From the IMG/VR virus record IMGVR_UViG_3300008255_000041, positions 1 to 42,344 of that record: a DNA stretch of 42,344 nt, one strand, 5' to 3'. The notes under the pieces are model-generated. The model made no database searches. It had not been told where the DNA came from and saw only the letters and a list, made by a program, of their open reading frames with translations. The position numbers were made by a program, and so were the translations under genes. Shown here one piece after another: positions 1 to 9,541 of the stretch (its first letter is position 1; the number at the start of each line of letters is the position of its first letter). Source of the DNA: a virus (taxonomy: Duplodnaviria > Caudoviricetes).

Positions 1-123
1 GTTCGTCGGCGGTATTCCGAAACTCGCGGCTGATCGCGTGATTGACTTAGATAACGAGCTTGCCGATAAAAAGTATGTAGACGATACCGTTGCGACCGTG
101 ACCCGCGACAGCTTAGGGCTTGA
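1..123. repeat. Terminal direct repeat, copy 1 (circular contig overlap)
   Basis: 1-123 is identical to 42222-42344, and an ORF reads in frame across the junction. Confidence 0.95.
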
Positions 124-1768
124 TACGGATGATACGGTAACCTTCGCCAATCTATCCGGCACGAACACGGGCGATCAGGTGTTGCCGACAAGGGATAGCT
201 TGGGGTTGGACACGGATGACAACGTTACGTTTGCGAACTTGTCTGGCACGAACACGGGTGATCAGAACGCGGCTGGCGTTGCCATCACCGACGCGGGCGG
301 GTACTACACCGGAACTACTGTTGAAACGGCGTTGCAAGAGGTTGGGGCAAACAAGGTAGATAAGACGGGAACTGGTCAGGTAACGCCGATCAATATCAGC
401 GGCGTAACCGCTCCGTCCAATCTATTCAGCACCGCAACGCTCGAACAAACTGGAAAATATGTCGATATCACTGACGGGCATATTGCCTACAGTACGAACG
501 CAAGCTATAATTCGTACATAATTCCGGTTGAAAACGCTGCGTATTTGTTTACGTTCGTGCGTTTCGGTCTGCTTCTTTCCTCCGACCGCTACACGGCGGT
601 TAGTGGTCTGTTTCAAAACCTAACGGAGGTTAACTGTGCCGCGACAGGCGCGGCTTACATCGCGTTTAGCTTCAATACCACAACATATCCTACCGATTCG
701 TATTCGCTGAAAAAGAGATCATACGCTATGCCGAATTGGAGCGGGATTCCAGAATTGCAAACTGCGGCAATCGCATCTGCGGGGTTGAGAAAACCGAAAT
801 CTATATCTGTATCTGGAAATATTGCGAGTGGCGGCAGCCTTTATATCGCAACTGCGAGAAACAATCTGCGTAAAAACGAAAAGATTGTTTTCACGGGAGA
901 TATCACAACGTTTAGTTCGATGGAAATTGGACTCACGTATTCATCTACAATTTCCACGGGAAAAATCAACCGCGTCATTGTGGATGCAACCAATATTACC
1001 GTGTATACAGACGGTACAACGCCTACCGCCGAGGCTCACGGGCTTACAATTGCAAGCAACTTGCAAGTGGTTCTCGAACAGACGGCGATCGGAACCGTTC
1101 TGGTTACGATTATCAGCGCAGGAGAAAGTTTCGCGAAAGAATACACGTGGGCGCGGAAATCGATTGGAACACCATACGCGCTATCGTCTGGAACTACGAT
1201 GGTTAATTGCAAACTTTCATGGACATGCTCCGACTTGAACAAGAGCATATGGGTATTTGGTGACAGTTACCTCGGTTATTCCTCGGCGCGGTGGACGTAC
1301 TACCTACACTCTTTCGGTTATGACGCCAATGTACTTCTGGACGGTTTTGCGGGCGAAGGTGGCGTAAATGGGATACAGGCTATTAAGTATCTCGTTCAGT
1401 ACGGCGCACCGAGATATTTGGTCTGGTGTCTTGGAATGAATGACGGAACGGACAGCGCAACACCTAACACGGACTGGGTAACATACCGCGATCAGATGCT
1501 TGCGCTGTGCGTGACACACAATATCACTCCCGTATTTGGGACTATACCGACAGTTCCAACGATAAACAATGAGCAGAAAAACGCATGGATTCGGGCGAGC
1601 GGTTATCGTTACATCGACTTCGCCAAATCTGTAGGTGCCAATTCGAGCGGCGTGTGGTACACGGGGATGCTTGCCGTGGATAATGTGCATCCTACCGCAC
1701 TCGGAGCGAAAGCACTAAACGCTCGCGCACTGGCAGACCTTCCTGAGATGATGGTGTCGGGGCAATAA
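2..1768 (+). CDS. 3' part of a tail fibre/receptor-binding protein with C-terminal SGNH/GDSL hydrolase domain; starts at 41824 and continues across the junction (~721 aa total)
   Basis: In frame with the ATG at 41824 through the overlap; LSGTNTGDQ repeats; SGNH blocks VFGDSY, G, LGMND and DNVHP. Confidence 0.8.
   Translation, partial: FVGGIPKLAADRVIDLDNELADKKYVDDTVATVTRDSLGLDTDDTVTFANLSGTNTGDQVLPTRDSLGLDTDDNVTFANLSGTNTGDQNAAGVAITDAGGYYTGTTVETALQEVGANKVDKTGTGQVTPINISGVTAPSNLFSTATLEQTGKYVDITDGHIAYSTNASYNSYIIPVENAAYLFTFVRFGLLLSSDRYTAVSGLFQNLTEVNCAATGAAYIAFSFNTTTYPTDSYSLKKRSYAMPNWSGIPELQTAAIASAGLRKPKSISVSGNIASGGSLYIATARNNLRKNEKIVFTGDITTFSSMEIGLTYSSTISTGKINRVIVDATNITVYTDGTTPTAEAHGLTIASNLQVVLEQTAIGTVLVTIISAGESFAKEYTWARKSIGTPYALSSGTTMVNCKLSWTCSDLNKSIWVFGDSYLGYSSARWTYYLHSFGYDANVLLDGFAGEGGVNGIQAIKYLVQYGAPRYLVWCLGMNDGTDSATPNTDWVTYRDQMLALCVTHNITPVFGTIPTVPTINNEQKNAWIRASGYRYIDFAKSVGANSSGVWYTGMLAVDNVHPTALGAKALNARALADLPEMMVSGQ
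101..265 (+). repeat. Tandem 26-aa coding repeat TRDSLGLDTDD(T/N)VTFANLSGTNTGDQ x2
   Basis: Units at 101-178 and 188-265; 25/26 aa identical with many synonymous changes. Confidence 0.9.
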
Positions 1769-1820
1769 ATACGACGCGCTCCCGAAAGCCCTGCAAAAAG
1801 AGTTGAAAGAGTTTCGGTAA

Positions 1821-1849
1821 TTGACACGAACAACATATTGTTGTATAAT
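1821..1849 (+). promoter_or_regulatory. Consensus sigma-A promoter
   Basis: TTGACA (1821-1826), 17 bp spacer, TATAAT (1844-1849); spacer holds near-palindrome ACAACATATTGTTGT. Confidence 0.8.
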
Positions 1850-1880
1850 CGTTACAGCAAATACAACATATGGAGGGCGA

Positions 1881-2693
1881 ATGAAGGATAGTTTTGAACT
1901 GATTCAGCACAGCTTCCCTGATGCGTCAGGAATCACGATTCTACCAGTAAGCGACCTACACCTTAAATCAATTCTCTGCAACGAAAGAGAATGGGCGAAA
2001 TTCTGCGCATGGTTGCCGAAGCAGAAAAACACATATATCGTACTAAATGGCGACATGATAAACAACAACACGCGCAACAGCGTGGGCAGTCCGTTTGATG
2101 ACATCATGCGACCGCGCGACCAGAAGAAAGCACTCGTTGAATACCTTGAACCGATCAAGCATTTGATTCTCTGCTCAACTATTGGCAACCACGAAGCGCG
2201 GAGCGAGAAAGACGCGGACGATGATCCGATGTATGACGTGATGTGCAAGCTCGACCTCGAAGATATTTATCGGCAGGACGGCGCGTTTCTCAAAATCGGC
2301 GTTGGCACTGTCGAAAAAGAAGCGGGAAGAACGAGCGCGGCAAACACATACCTGCTCTATGTCACACATGGAGCGGGCGGAGGCGTTCTCACGGGCGCAA
2401 CCGTCAACCGAAACGAGCGGTTCTCGTACGTCATCGAGGGGCTTGACGGTTTGATTGTTGGTCATTCGCACAAGGGCGCGATAACCAAGCCGGGGCGAAT
2501 CGTTGTCGATCTTCGCACGAACACGATCACGCGCAGGAAAACCGTGGTAGTCTCTGCAGAATCATGGCAGAGTTTCGGCGGGTACGCAATGCGCAAGATG
2601 CTCAACCCAAGTGGAGAGATTGACGCAGACAACCCGCAACAGCTTCTGTTGTCCGGTGTGCGCGACAAGCGGAACATCAAGGTTATCTGGTAA
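1881..2693 (+). CDS. Calcineurin-like metallophosphoesterase
   Basis: Motifs SDLH, NGD, GNHE, THG, GHSH; RBS GGAGG before ATG 1881. Confidence 0.85.
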   Translation: MKDSFELIQHSFPDASGITILPVSDLHLKSILCNEREWAKFCAWLPKQKNTYIVLNGDMINNNTRNSVGSPFDDIMRPRDQKKALVEYLEPIKHLILCSTIGNHEARSEKDADDDPMYDVMCKLDLEDIYRQDGAFLKIGVGTVEKEAGRTSAANTYLLYVTHGAGGGVLTGATVNRNERFSYVIEGLDGLIVGHSHKGAITKPGRIVVDLRTNTITRRKTVVVSAESWQSFGGYAMRKMLNPSGEIDADNPQQLLLSGVRDKRNIKVIW

Positions 2694-2709
2694 CAGAAAG
2701 GCGGCTAGT

Positions 2710-3486
2710 ATGCCTATTAAAATCGGTCACGCTGTCCACTCGGAATCGGGCGGGCGCGAGGGCGCAAGCGGCGACCAAATCCAGCAACAGGGCAAGCGTA
2801 ACGAAGAGGTTCAAATCTCGTCTTGGTACGTGAGCGGCGATGGATGGGGCTGGTACATCGAAGCAAAAGACGCGGCACTGCTTGAACGCATGGCGGTGAT
2901 GATGGAGCAAGCGTGTGCGAATCCGAATATTGGATACTCTCGGACGTATCGCTACAACTGGTACAACTCCGCGAAAGCGAACGGCGGCGACGTGACGAAA
3001 GCGTCTGGTGATTGCGACTGTTCTTCGCTGGTTTCTGGCATTGCGAATCTCGCTGGTGCGAACGTAACGAACAGACTTGCAACCGCTTCTATGTTGAACG
3101 CGTTCAAGAAGTCTGGCGACTTCAACATCTACACCGATGACGATCATTTGAAATCTGACAAGTACGCGAAGCGCGGCGGGATTTACTTGCGCGTTGGACA
3201 CACTCTGATGGTTCTGGAGAACGGCTCTAAGGCGTTTTCAGACACTCCCGCGATAGAATCCCCTACCGACGCTGCAAAACCGCCCTACGTGCTTGTTTTA
3301 GGCGGTAGAGTGAACGTGAGAACAGGCGCAGGAACAGGCAATCCGATCTTGTACGAGGAAAAGAAAGGTAGCAAGCTAACGTTCCTTGACCGCGATGCGA
3401 AAACGGGCTGGTACTGCGTACACACGGCGCACGGCTTGGGCTACATTTCTAACAGGGCAGACTTGACGAGGCTAGTGGAGAAATGA
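2710..3486 (+). CDS. Endolysin: NlpC/P60/CHAP-like cysteine amidohydrolase plus C-terminal SH3-like cell-wall-binding domain
   Basis: DCSSLV and GHT catalytic motifs; VNVRTGAGT...GWY...GYIS SH3b pattern; adjacent to holin-like genes. Confidence 0.8.
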   Translation: MPIKIGHAVHSESGGREGASGDQIQQQGKRNEEVQISSWYVSGDGWGWYIEAKDAALLERMAVMMEQACANPNIGYSRTYRYNWYNSAKANGGDVTKASGDCDCSSLVSGIANLAGANVTNRLATASMLNAFKKSGDFNIYTDDDHLKSDKYAKRGGIYLRVGHTLMVLENGSKAFSDTPAIESPTDAAKPPYVLVLGGRVNVRTGAGTGNPILYEEKKGSKLTFLDRDAKTGWYCVHTAHGLGYISNRADLTRLVEK

Positions 3487-3713
3487 AAAAGGGCGCATAC
3501 TCCAAATGGCTTATCGCCGCTGTGATCGTGCTGAACATCGGTTTTGCAATCGGCGTTATGATCGCGGTGAAGAACGGCGCGACCGAACCCGAAACGCTAA
3601 TCAACCGCTGGTTCGACTGGACAACTGCGGAGATATTCGCGGTGAGCGGCGTGAAGATCACTAAGATAATCAAAGAGCTGTTGGAGACGATCAAGGCAAA
3701 GCGGATCGAATAG
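3483..3713 (+). CDS. Holin-like membrane protein
   Basis: 76 aa, hydrophobic N-terminal helix, overlaps endolysin stop (ATGA). Confidence 0.6.
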   Translation: MKKGAYSKWLIAAVIVLNIGFAIGVMIAVKNGATEPETLINRWFDWTTAEIFAVSGVKITKIIKELLETIKAKRIE

Positions 3714-3717
3714 CATG

Positions 3718-3746
3718 TTGCGTACAACCATTGTGTGTGGTATAAT
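3718..3746 (+). promoter_or_regulatory. Sigma-A promoter with extended -10
   Basis: TTGCGT, 17 bp spacer, TG-G-TATAAT. Confidence 0.55.
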
Positions 3747-3770
3747 ATAAACAACGAAAGGCGGTGCAAA

Positions 3771-4166
3771 ATGAACGATTTTCTCATCGAACAGGCTGTA
3801 GGAATCGCGGCGTATCTACTCGTTACGCTGATCGGTTTACTCGGCGCGTGGCTATCTTCTAAGCTTGCGAAGAAGATCGAGCTACAGAACATCGACGCGG
3901 CAACCAAGATCGTTGTTGCGGCAACTCAAACAACCGTTTACGAATTGCAACAGACAACCGTTGAGAGACTGAAAGCGGCACACGAGGACGGAAAGCTCAC
4001 ACAGGAAGAGATTGAATATCTCGGTGAGGAACTGCTCGAAATCACCGAATCCAAGCTGGCAGATTCCGTCAAGGGTTTGCTTGTCGCTGCGAGAGTTGAC
4101 CTTGAAAACCTTATCAAGAGTACGGCAGAATCACTTATCCACAACGGAAAGGGGTATAACTTCTGA
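3771..4166 (+). CDS. Holin-like protein (LL-H-type architecture)
   Basis: One N-terminal TM helix followed by helical soluble region; located in the lysis cassette. Confidence 0.6.
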   Translation: MNDFLIEQAVGIAAYLLVTLIGLLGAWLSSKLAKKIELQNIDAATKIVVAATQTTVYELQQTTVERLKAAHEDGKLTQEEIEYLGEELLEITESKLADSVKGLLVAARVDLENLIKSTAESLIHNGKGYNF

Positions 4167-4393
4167 TGTTTGGCAAGAAAGCAAAGCGAATCGCTGAACT
4201 GGAACGAGAACTGGAAGAATGTCAAGCCATGCGGAACACGTTTGAATTCTCGCTGATCCGAGCGCGTGAGGGAATGGACGAGGAAACGAACGCATACTTT
4301 CGCGACCATCCCGTCTATGTTGAACCAGAACAGGCGGCAGACGCAGGAGCGGGAGCAAAACTGGCGAAGAAAGCAAGAGCGAAAAAGAACTAG
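4166..4393 (+). CDS. Hypothetical protein
   Basis: Coupled to the upstream stop (TGATG); coiled-coil-like N-terminus. Confidence 0.6.
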   Translation: MFGKKAKRIAELERELEECQAMRNTFEFSLIRAREGMDEETNAYFRDHPVYVEPEQAADAGAGAKLAKKARAKKN

Positions 4394-4425
4394 CCACAAG
4401 AAATAAGACGAACGAGGACTGAACC

Positions 4426-4710
4426 ATGACAGACTGCGGAAAGCCCTGCCCGTATGAAAAGGAAATCGAGATGCTAAAAAAGGATGCCGAACAAAACAGA
4501 GCCACACACGAAAAGTTCTATAAGCGGTTTGAGGATATGGCAGTAGAACAAGGCAAGGCTACAACGCGGCTCGACAGCATCTTTGGCATGTTGACGGAGA
4601 TTAAAGCGGATCTCTGCTCGCTTAAAGAGCGACCTACGAAACGCTGGGATACGGTCATCACCGCGATCATCATGGGGTTGGTGGCACTCGGAATATCATT
4701 ACTGAAATAA
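4426..4710 (+). CDS. XhlA/haemolysin-like lysis accessory protein
   Basis: Coiled coil followed by KERPTKRWD and a C-terminal TM helix; RBS GAGG. Confidence 0.6.
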   Translation: MTDCGKPCPYEKEIEMLKKDAEQNRATHEKFYKRFEDMAVEQGKATTRLDSIFGMLTEIKADLCSLKERPTKRWDTVITAIIMGLVALGISLLK

Positions 4711-4725
4711 TACGACCGACACACG

Positions 4726-4756
4726 GGGCGCATCTTAACGGGTGCGCTCTTTTCTT
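4726..4756 (+). terminator. Rho-independent terminator ending the late/lysis transcript
   Basis: GGGGCGCATC-ttaacg-GGTGCGCTCT hairpin followed by a T-run. Confidence 0.8.
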
Positions 4757-4871
4757 GTGCTTACTTTCACGCTCTTTTAATATTCAATTAGGGCGTGAAA
4801 ATATTGAAATCTGCTGCAAATATTCCAAGTATACTTCGCAAAAATAAATTAAAATAAATGCTAAAAAAGTA

Positions 4872-4900
4872 TTGACATGCGCGTATCGCGGTGTTAGTAT
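4872..4900 (+). promoter_or_regulatory. Early sigma-A promoter with AT-rich UP-like region and ATGCGCGTAT box
   Basis: TTGACA, 17 bp spacer, TAGTAT; A-tracts at 4840-4870; box at 4877-4886. Confidence 0.7.
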
Positions 4901-4928
4901 TAGGTATCAAATCAAGGAGGCAATCACA

Positions 4929-5243
4929 ATGGAATCTAAGCTTTATCCTTTTTCGGTTCAGAAGAACGCACACAGCATCGAGTTTCGCCGCAATCGCGCT
5001 TTCTGCGATATGCGCGAAGCCGAGGAACGCAACGCGACAAGCGCAGAAATCGACAAGCTAGAAGAATTGCACGATGCGCTCACTGATTTGTTGCTCGCGG
5101 TTATGGACAGCCGTGACGGACGCATTGCCTATCTCACCGGCAAGCAAATCGGACTCGCGAAAGAAACCGTTGAGTGGGCGAGTAATTCCCGCGCTGAATC
5201 TCTTATCGCGCGTGGCAAAACCGAATACTTACAATACTGCTAA
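4929..5243 (+). CDS. Hypothetical early protein
   Basis: RBS AAGGAGG, then ATG 4929. Confidence 0.75.
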   Translation: MESKLYPFSVQKNAHSIEFRRNRAFCDMREAEERNATSAEIDKLEELHDALTDLLLAVMDSRDGRIAYLTGKQIGLAKETVEWASNSRAESLIARGKTEYLQYC

Positions 5244-5296
5244 TAGCACACACTCCGCTCCCGTCCGGCAAAAGGCGGGAAGAAAGAGAGGATCAC

Positions 5297-5545
5297 ATGA
5301 GCGCATACGGGAGCATTGGTTTTACCAGACGGGGACGCACGGTCGATCGGCTACTATCCTTAGCGGAGAGACAGCAAGTCCGCGAAATCGAATCGACGAT
5401 CAAATCAGTGCAAGCACGTCAACATGCGCTGTATGAGAATGATGATCTTGAAGATGAAGAACTTTACAAACTGTTAAAGCCGCTTCAATCGGAAGTAGAC
5501 GCGCTAATCGACAAGCTCTGTGCAATCAAGTACACGACCAGATAA
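5297..5545 (+). CDS. Hypothetical protein
   Basis: RBS GAGG; helical ORF. Confidence 0.6.
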   Translation: MSAYGSIGFTRRGRTVDRLLSLAERQQVREIESTIKSVQARQHALYENDDLEDEELYKLLKPLQSEVDALIDKLCAIKYTTR

Positions 5546-5566
5546 AAACGAAAGGAGATCAATCAC

Positions 5567-5698
5567 ATGCCAATCATTTTCGGAAGCCGACACACGGCAC
5601 AGCAACAGGTTCACGGCGGGGATCGCATCGTGAAAGTCTTTGGTGGGTACATCATCATGACACAGCGAGAATACCAGATTTGGAGGAAGCAGAAATGA
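5567..5698 (+). CDS. Small 43-aa protein MPIIFGSRH...YQIWRKQK (not in ORF track)
   Basis: RBS AAAGGAG; stop overlaps the next ATG at 5695. Confidence 0.65.
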   Translation: MPIIFGSRHTAQQQVHGGDRIVKVFGGYIIMTQREYQIWRKQK

Positions 5699-5877
5699 AG
5701 CAGTTTATCAAGGACATCATCGCATTCTTTCCGAGATTCTTTACCGAATCGTGGTGGTCGGTCAAGTGGGAATGGGAGTACCGCCGCGAGAAGAATAACC
5801 GCGCCAAGCGTCGCCGCAAGATTCACGACTTCGACCGATACCGCAAGGCAATTTGGCGCGAACGGAGAAGCGTATGA
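5695..5877 (+). CDS. Hypothetical basic protein
   Basis: RBS GGAGG; ATGA coupling. Confidence 0.55.
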   Translation: MKQFIKDIIAFFPRFFTESWWSVKWEWEYRREKNNRAKRRRKIHDFDRYRKAIWRERRSV

Positions 5878-6179
5878 GCGAGAAGTGGGCAAGGTTCTGG
5901 GCGTGGGTTGCCGTGATGGTGATGGCAGCGGGTGCGGTGTACTGCATCGCGGTGGGAACGGTTGAAGGGTTGAAGGTGTTGAAGTGAAGATAAGCAAAGA
6001 GAAGTTTGTCAAGGACGCGCTCATGCGGCAGGAGATGAAGCGTTGCCGCGAGAAGGAAGAATACGCCATTGCTATGATCAACTTGGAGAACGTGTACGAG
6101 GGGTACATGCACAACAAGAAATACGGCAAGGGCAAGAAATGCACGAAGTTCCAATATCAGTGCTAGGAGGAAGAGCTTC

Positions 6180-6416
6180 ATGTTCAAACTATGGATTGAC
6201 CGTACGGGCGCGGTACAGACGCTTTCACGCGGTTCTCTCGCGTCACAGCACAAAGACCTTGTGAAGGTGCTAAAACACCTACAGGAGCGCGTCAGCGAGT
6301 CAGAGCGCATTGTGAGCGAGGCAAACGCCGTTTACATTGACGCAATGACCAAGAAAGACGCGAAACGTGCAAGCGCGATTCTGCGCGAGGCGTGCTGCAA
6401 CGGAACAACAGATTGA
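6180..6416 (+). CDS. Hypothetical protein
   Basis: RBS AGGAGG. Confidence 0.6.
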   Translation: MFKLWIDRTGAVQTLSRGSLASQHKDLVKVLKHLQERVSESERIVSEANAVYIDAMTKKDAKRASAILREACCNGTTD

Positions 6417-6429
6417 AAGGAGAAACAAA

Positions 6430-7200
6430 ATGGCTAAGTTCAAAGTAGGGGATAAGGTGCGCGTGAAGGTGTTTGACAAACGTCCAGCACATTGGCACAG
6501 CGCAGGACGCATGGATTGTTGGATGGGAAAGATTGTAACGATTAGAAGCATCGATCCTCGCGACACGAAGATTGTTGAGGACAAGGATGATTTTTCGGGC
6601 AATCGTTCCGCTGGTTGGGATTGGCGTGAATCGGATTTCGAACCGGTTGCCCGCCGCGAGTTCATCGTGATCCGGCGTTCTGGCGCAGAAACGATTGCGG
6701 AGTTGCGGCACGACCGCGAAGTGATCAAGTCGGCAAAGGCGACGTGCGCGCCTTCGGACACGTTCGACTTCGACACGGGCGCGAAACTCGCGTTTGATCG
6801 GCTGATGGGGCGCGAAGAACCCAAGCCCGCACCGCAGCCCGCGCACAGGTTCAAGGTTGGGGATCGGGTGGAACATGAGGTGTTTGGTATTGGACAAGTA
6901 AAGCATGTTGCAAACGACAGGATTCCTTATCTTGTTGAATGGAAAGACGGGGATAGATGGCACATTGAAGGAACGCTTTCCACCGCTCCCGAACCGCCGA
7001 AGTTCTACACGGGGAAGGTGGTTTGCGTTGAGTGGGAATGCGATACATTCAGACATAAAAGTGCTGGAAGAATAGCTGTTATCACGAACGGCGTTAGCGA
7101 TTATGATGGATGGAATCGAATGAATAAGAAGCCGTTTGAATCTTTTTCTGATTTTTGCTCGGCTAATACCTACGGCGTGTTTCACGAGATCAAGGAGTAG
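6430..7200 (+). CDS. Multi-module protein with repeated KOW/SH3-like domains
   Basis: KFKVGDKVRV and RFKVGDRVEH motifs separated by a Pro-rich linker; RBS AAAGGAG. Confidence 0.7.
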   Translation: MAKFKVGDKVRVKVFDKRPAHWHSAGRMDCWMGKIVTIRSIDPRDTKIVEDKDDFSGNRSAGWDWRESDFEPVARREFIVIRRSGAETIAELRHDREVIKSAKATCAPSDTFDFDTGAKLAFDRLMGREEPKPAPQPAHRFKVGDRVEHEVFGIGQVKHVANDRIPYLVEWKDGDRWHIEGTLSTAPEPPKFYTGKVVCVEWECDTFRHKSAGRIAVITNGVSDYDGWNRMNKKPFESFSDFCSANTYGVFHEIKE

Positions 7201-7203
7201 CCG

Positions 7204-7596
7204 ATGTGTGACGAATGCCATCAGAACCCCCACGCGACCATGTGCCCGAACGGTACACCGATGGTCGATGTGATCTGTGTTGACTGCGCTCTGTGCGGCG
7301 CGGAAGTAGACGAGGAAACGACCAACTACGGAATCTGCGAGAAGTGCTGGGCGGATCATCACAACTTCGACAACGCGCTTGCGTACGGCGAGACCGCGCA
7401 AGTTGACGTGAAGGTCAACGGACTGTATGCGAAAGTGCTCACGCCGGAACAGATTGACGTGGTGCTTTCATCGACAATCAACGATATGCGAAAAAGCTTT
7501 TACGCCAGTGCGGTTTTACAAGGCGTTCGGGAATTTCTCGCAGACGATGACGGCGACTTCGCGGGCTGGCTGAAAGAGCAGAAAAACATTGACTAG
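7204..7596 (+). CDS. Cys-rich (putative Zn-binding) protein
   Basis: Several CxxC pairs; RBS AAGGAG. Confidence 0.65.
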   Translation: MCDECHQNPHATMCPNGTPMVDVICVDCALCGAEVDEETTNYGICEKCWADHHNFDNALAYGETAQVDVKVNGLYAKVLTPEQIDVVLSSTINDMRKSFYASAVLQGVREFLADDDGDFAGWLKEQKNID

Positions 7597-7617
7597 CGCG
7601 TATTTGCATGCTACAAT
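7589..7617 (+). promoter_or_regulatory. Sigma-A promoter with GCGCGTAT box
   Basis: TTGACT, 17 bp spacer, TG-C-TACAAT; box at 7596-7603. Confidence 0.7.
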
Positions 7618-7644
7618 TATTACAAAGCATGAAGGGAGAATTTA

Positions 7645-7863
7645 ATGCAAAAATTCAACATTGGAGAAAAAATCCGAATTAAACGATTCAAAAAAAGACC
7701 AGTTGGATGGGTTCATCACATGGACGAACTTATGGGTAAGATTGCAACTATAGAAGAAATCCACGGTGATGATGGTTTGCGGGCATGCGGTTGGTATCTT
7801 CGTTATTGCGAAATCCGAAAGCTAAACTTTATCGAACGTCTTTTTTACGAGGTAAGAAAATGA
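7645..7863 (+). CDS. Stand-alone KOW/SH3-like domain, paralogue of the N-terminus of 6430-7200
   Basis: KFNIGEKIRIKRFKKRP..W...MDELMGKIATI resembles KFKVGDKVRVKVFDKRP..W....MDCWMGKIVTI. Confidence 0.65.
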   Translation: MQKFNIGEKIRIKRFKKRPVGWVHHMDELMGKIATIEEIHGDDGLRACGWYLRYCEIRKLNFIERLFYEVRK

Positions 7864-8051
7864 ACAAGATTTTAACCTGCGTTCGCGTATTGCGCGAGGC
7901 GCGAAGCAAGGCGCAATCCAACCAGATGCTGTTGGGAATCCCGCGAGAGCATCAGGACGCGCTCGACTGGAAAACGGGCGACAAGGTGTACATCACGACC
8001 GACGCGGAATCTGGAACGATGACGCTGAAAGTGGTGAAGGATGAACAGTGA
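7860..8051 (+). CDS. AbrB/MazE/SpoVT-like DNA-binding protein
   Basis: LGIPREHQDALDWKTGDKVYI matches the swapped-hairpin IP..I...L....GD.V pattern. Confidence 0.65.
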   Translation: MNKILTCVRVLREARSKAQSNQMLLGIPREHQDALDWKTGDKVYITTDAESGTMTLKVVKDEQ

Positions 8052-8259
8052 TTGTTTTGCAGCTGCAACACGCAGCGGACAACCGTACTGCCTGTGCCTC
8101 AACGAGGTTGTGTGTCATCCAGATAAGCCGTGTACGTTTTACAAAAGCAAGCTAAAGTATTTGCATGATCTAGTTGAGCATAACGGCACGACCGACCTGC
8201 GCCAGATCAGCGAGAATTACGCGGCTGGACACGTGGACAGAGAAGGAGAAAGCAAGTGA
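8041..8259 (+). CDS. Small Cys-rich hypothetical protein
   Basis: DCFA...CLCL..VVC....CTFYK pattern; overlaps both neighbours. Confidence 0.6.
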   Translation: MNSDCFAAATRSGQPYCLCLNEVVCHPDKPCTFYKSKLKYLHDLVEHNGTTDLRQISENYAAGHVDREGESK

Positions 8260-8744
8260 AACTTTATGAAATTAACTCGGAGCTAGAAAAGCTTATTGAT
8301 GCTGAAACGGGCGAGATCGCTGACGTTGCTTTCTTTGAGCAGTTGAGCATGGAGCGCACGGCGAAAATCGAAAACGTTGCGCTTTATATCAAGAATCTCG
8401 ACAGCGACGCGTCGGCACTCAAAGCAGAAGAAACCGCACTGGCTGAACGGCGCAAGGTTGCCGAAAACACCGCGGCTCGTTTGAAAGAGTTTTTGACGAG
8501 CATGCTGACGGACGGAGAGAAGTTTGAAACGCCTCGCGTTAAACTATCTTGGCGCAAGTCAAAAGCCGTTCGCGTTTTGATCCCCGAATCCGACTTTATC
8601 GAATGGGCAAAGGCTGTTAATCCCGCGCTGTTGAGCTTCAAAGAACCGACGATCAGCAAGACCGCAATCAAGGAAGTGCTTGAATCTGGTGGAGAGATCA
8701 CGGCGGCAACCATCGTAGAATCCAACAACCTGCAAATCAAGTGA
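8256..8744 (+). CDS. Siphovirus Gp157-family protein
   Basis: MKLYEI...KIENVALYIKNL...ISKTAIKE...NLQIK signature. Confidence 0.85.
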   Translation: MKLYEINSELEKLIDAETGEIADVAFFEQLSMERTAKIENVALYIKNLDSDASALKAEETALAERRKVAENTAARLKEFLTSMLTDGEKFETPRVKLSWRKSKAVRVLIPESDFIEWAKAVNPALLSFKEPTISKTAIKEVLESGGEITAATIVESNNLQIK

Positions 8745-8754
8745 GGTGATAACG

Positions 8755-9540
8755 ATGGAAGATAAGTTTCGCAAACTCAACGCGGACGAGATTGAAGTGC
8801 GCGTGAAAACCGTTGGCGAGAAAGGCGCAACCGCGTTGCTCTACAAGACCGCACGAACGGATATGCAGCTGCTTGACGAAACCGTAGGCGCGGACTGTTG
8901 GTCGTGTGACTACAAAGAGATCAAGGGTAACCTGTTCTGCGGCATCACCATCAACGGCGTGACAAAGTGGGATTGCGGCATCGAATCCCGCGAGGACAAC
9001 GAAGGAAATGAGAAGAAGGGCGAAGCGTCCGACGCGTTCAAGCGTGCGGGGTTCCGTTGGGGCATCGGGCGCGAACTATACACATCGCCGTTTATCTTCC
9101 TCAACGTCAAGACGGAGAAAAACTCGAAGGGTCAGTTTGTTGTATCGGGCTTTGCAACGTTCTCGGTAAAGTCTATCGAGTATGACGGCAACCGCATAAG
9201 TCGGCTTTCTATCATCGATGACAAGAGCGGCGCGGTGGTGTACACGTTCCCGCGTGGCGGCAAGCAGGCGCACGACGAACCGAAAGACGAGCCGCAAAAC
9301 GATCCGAAACCAGAACGCACCGAGGAAGAATCTTCGACTGTAAAAAAAGCAACGGACGATCTCCGCGCAAAGATTCTGAAAACCGTTCGTGATGCAGGGC
9401 GCGACGAAAAGAAAGCAAAGATGTATGTCGAAGGAGAATACGAAAGACAGTATAAAACGTTCGTGAACTTCGATGATATGAGCCTCGGTCAGCTTGCGTT
9501 CGGCCAAGGTAAAATCAATGAAATGCTTGGAGTGAAGTAA
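8755..9540 (+). CDS. Rad52/Sak-like single-strand annealing recombinase
   Basis: KGEASDAFKRAGFRWGIGRELY motif. Confidence 0.8.
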   Translation: MEDKFRKLNADEIEVRVKTVGEKGATALLYKTARTDMQLLDETVGADCWSCDYKEIKGNLFCGITINGVTKWDCGIESREDNEGNEKKGEASDAFKRAGFRWGIGRELYTSPFIFLNVKTEKNSKGQFVVSGFATFSVKSIEYDGNRISRLSIIDDKSGAVVYTFPRGGKQAHDEPKDEPQNDPKPERTEEESSTVKKATDDLRAKILKTVRDAGRDEKKAKMYVEGEYERQYKTFVNFDDMSLGQLAFGQGKINEMLGVK

Positions 9541-9541
9541 T

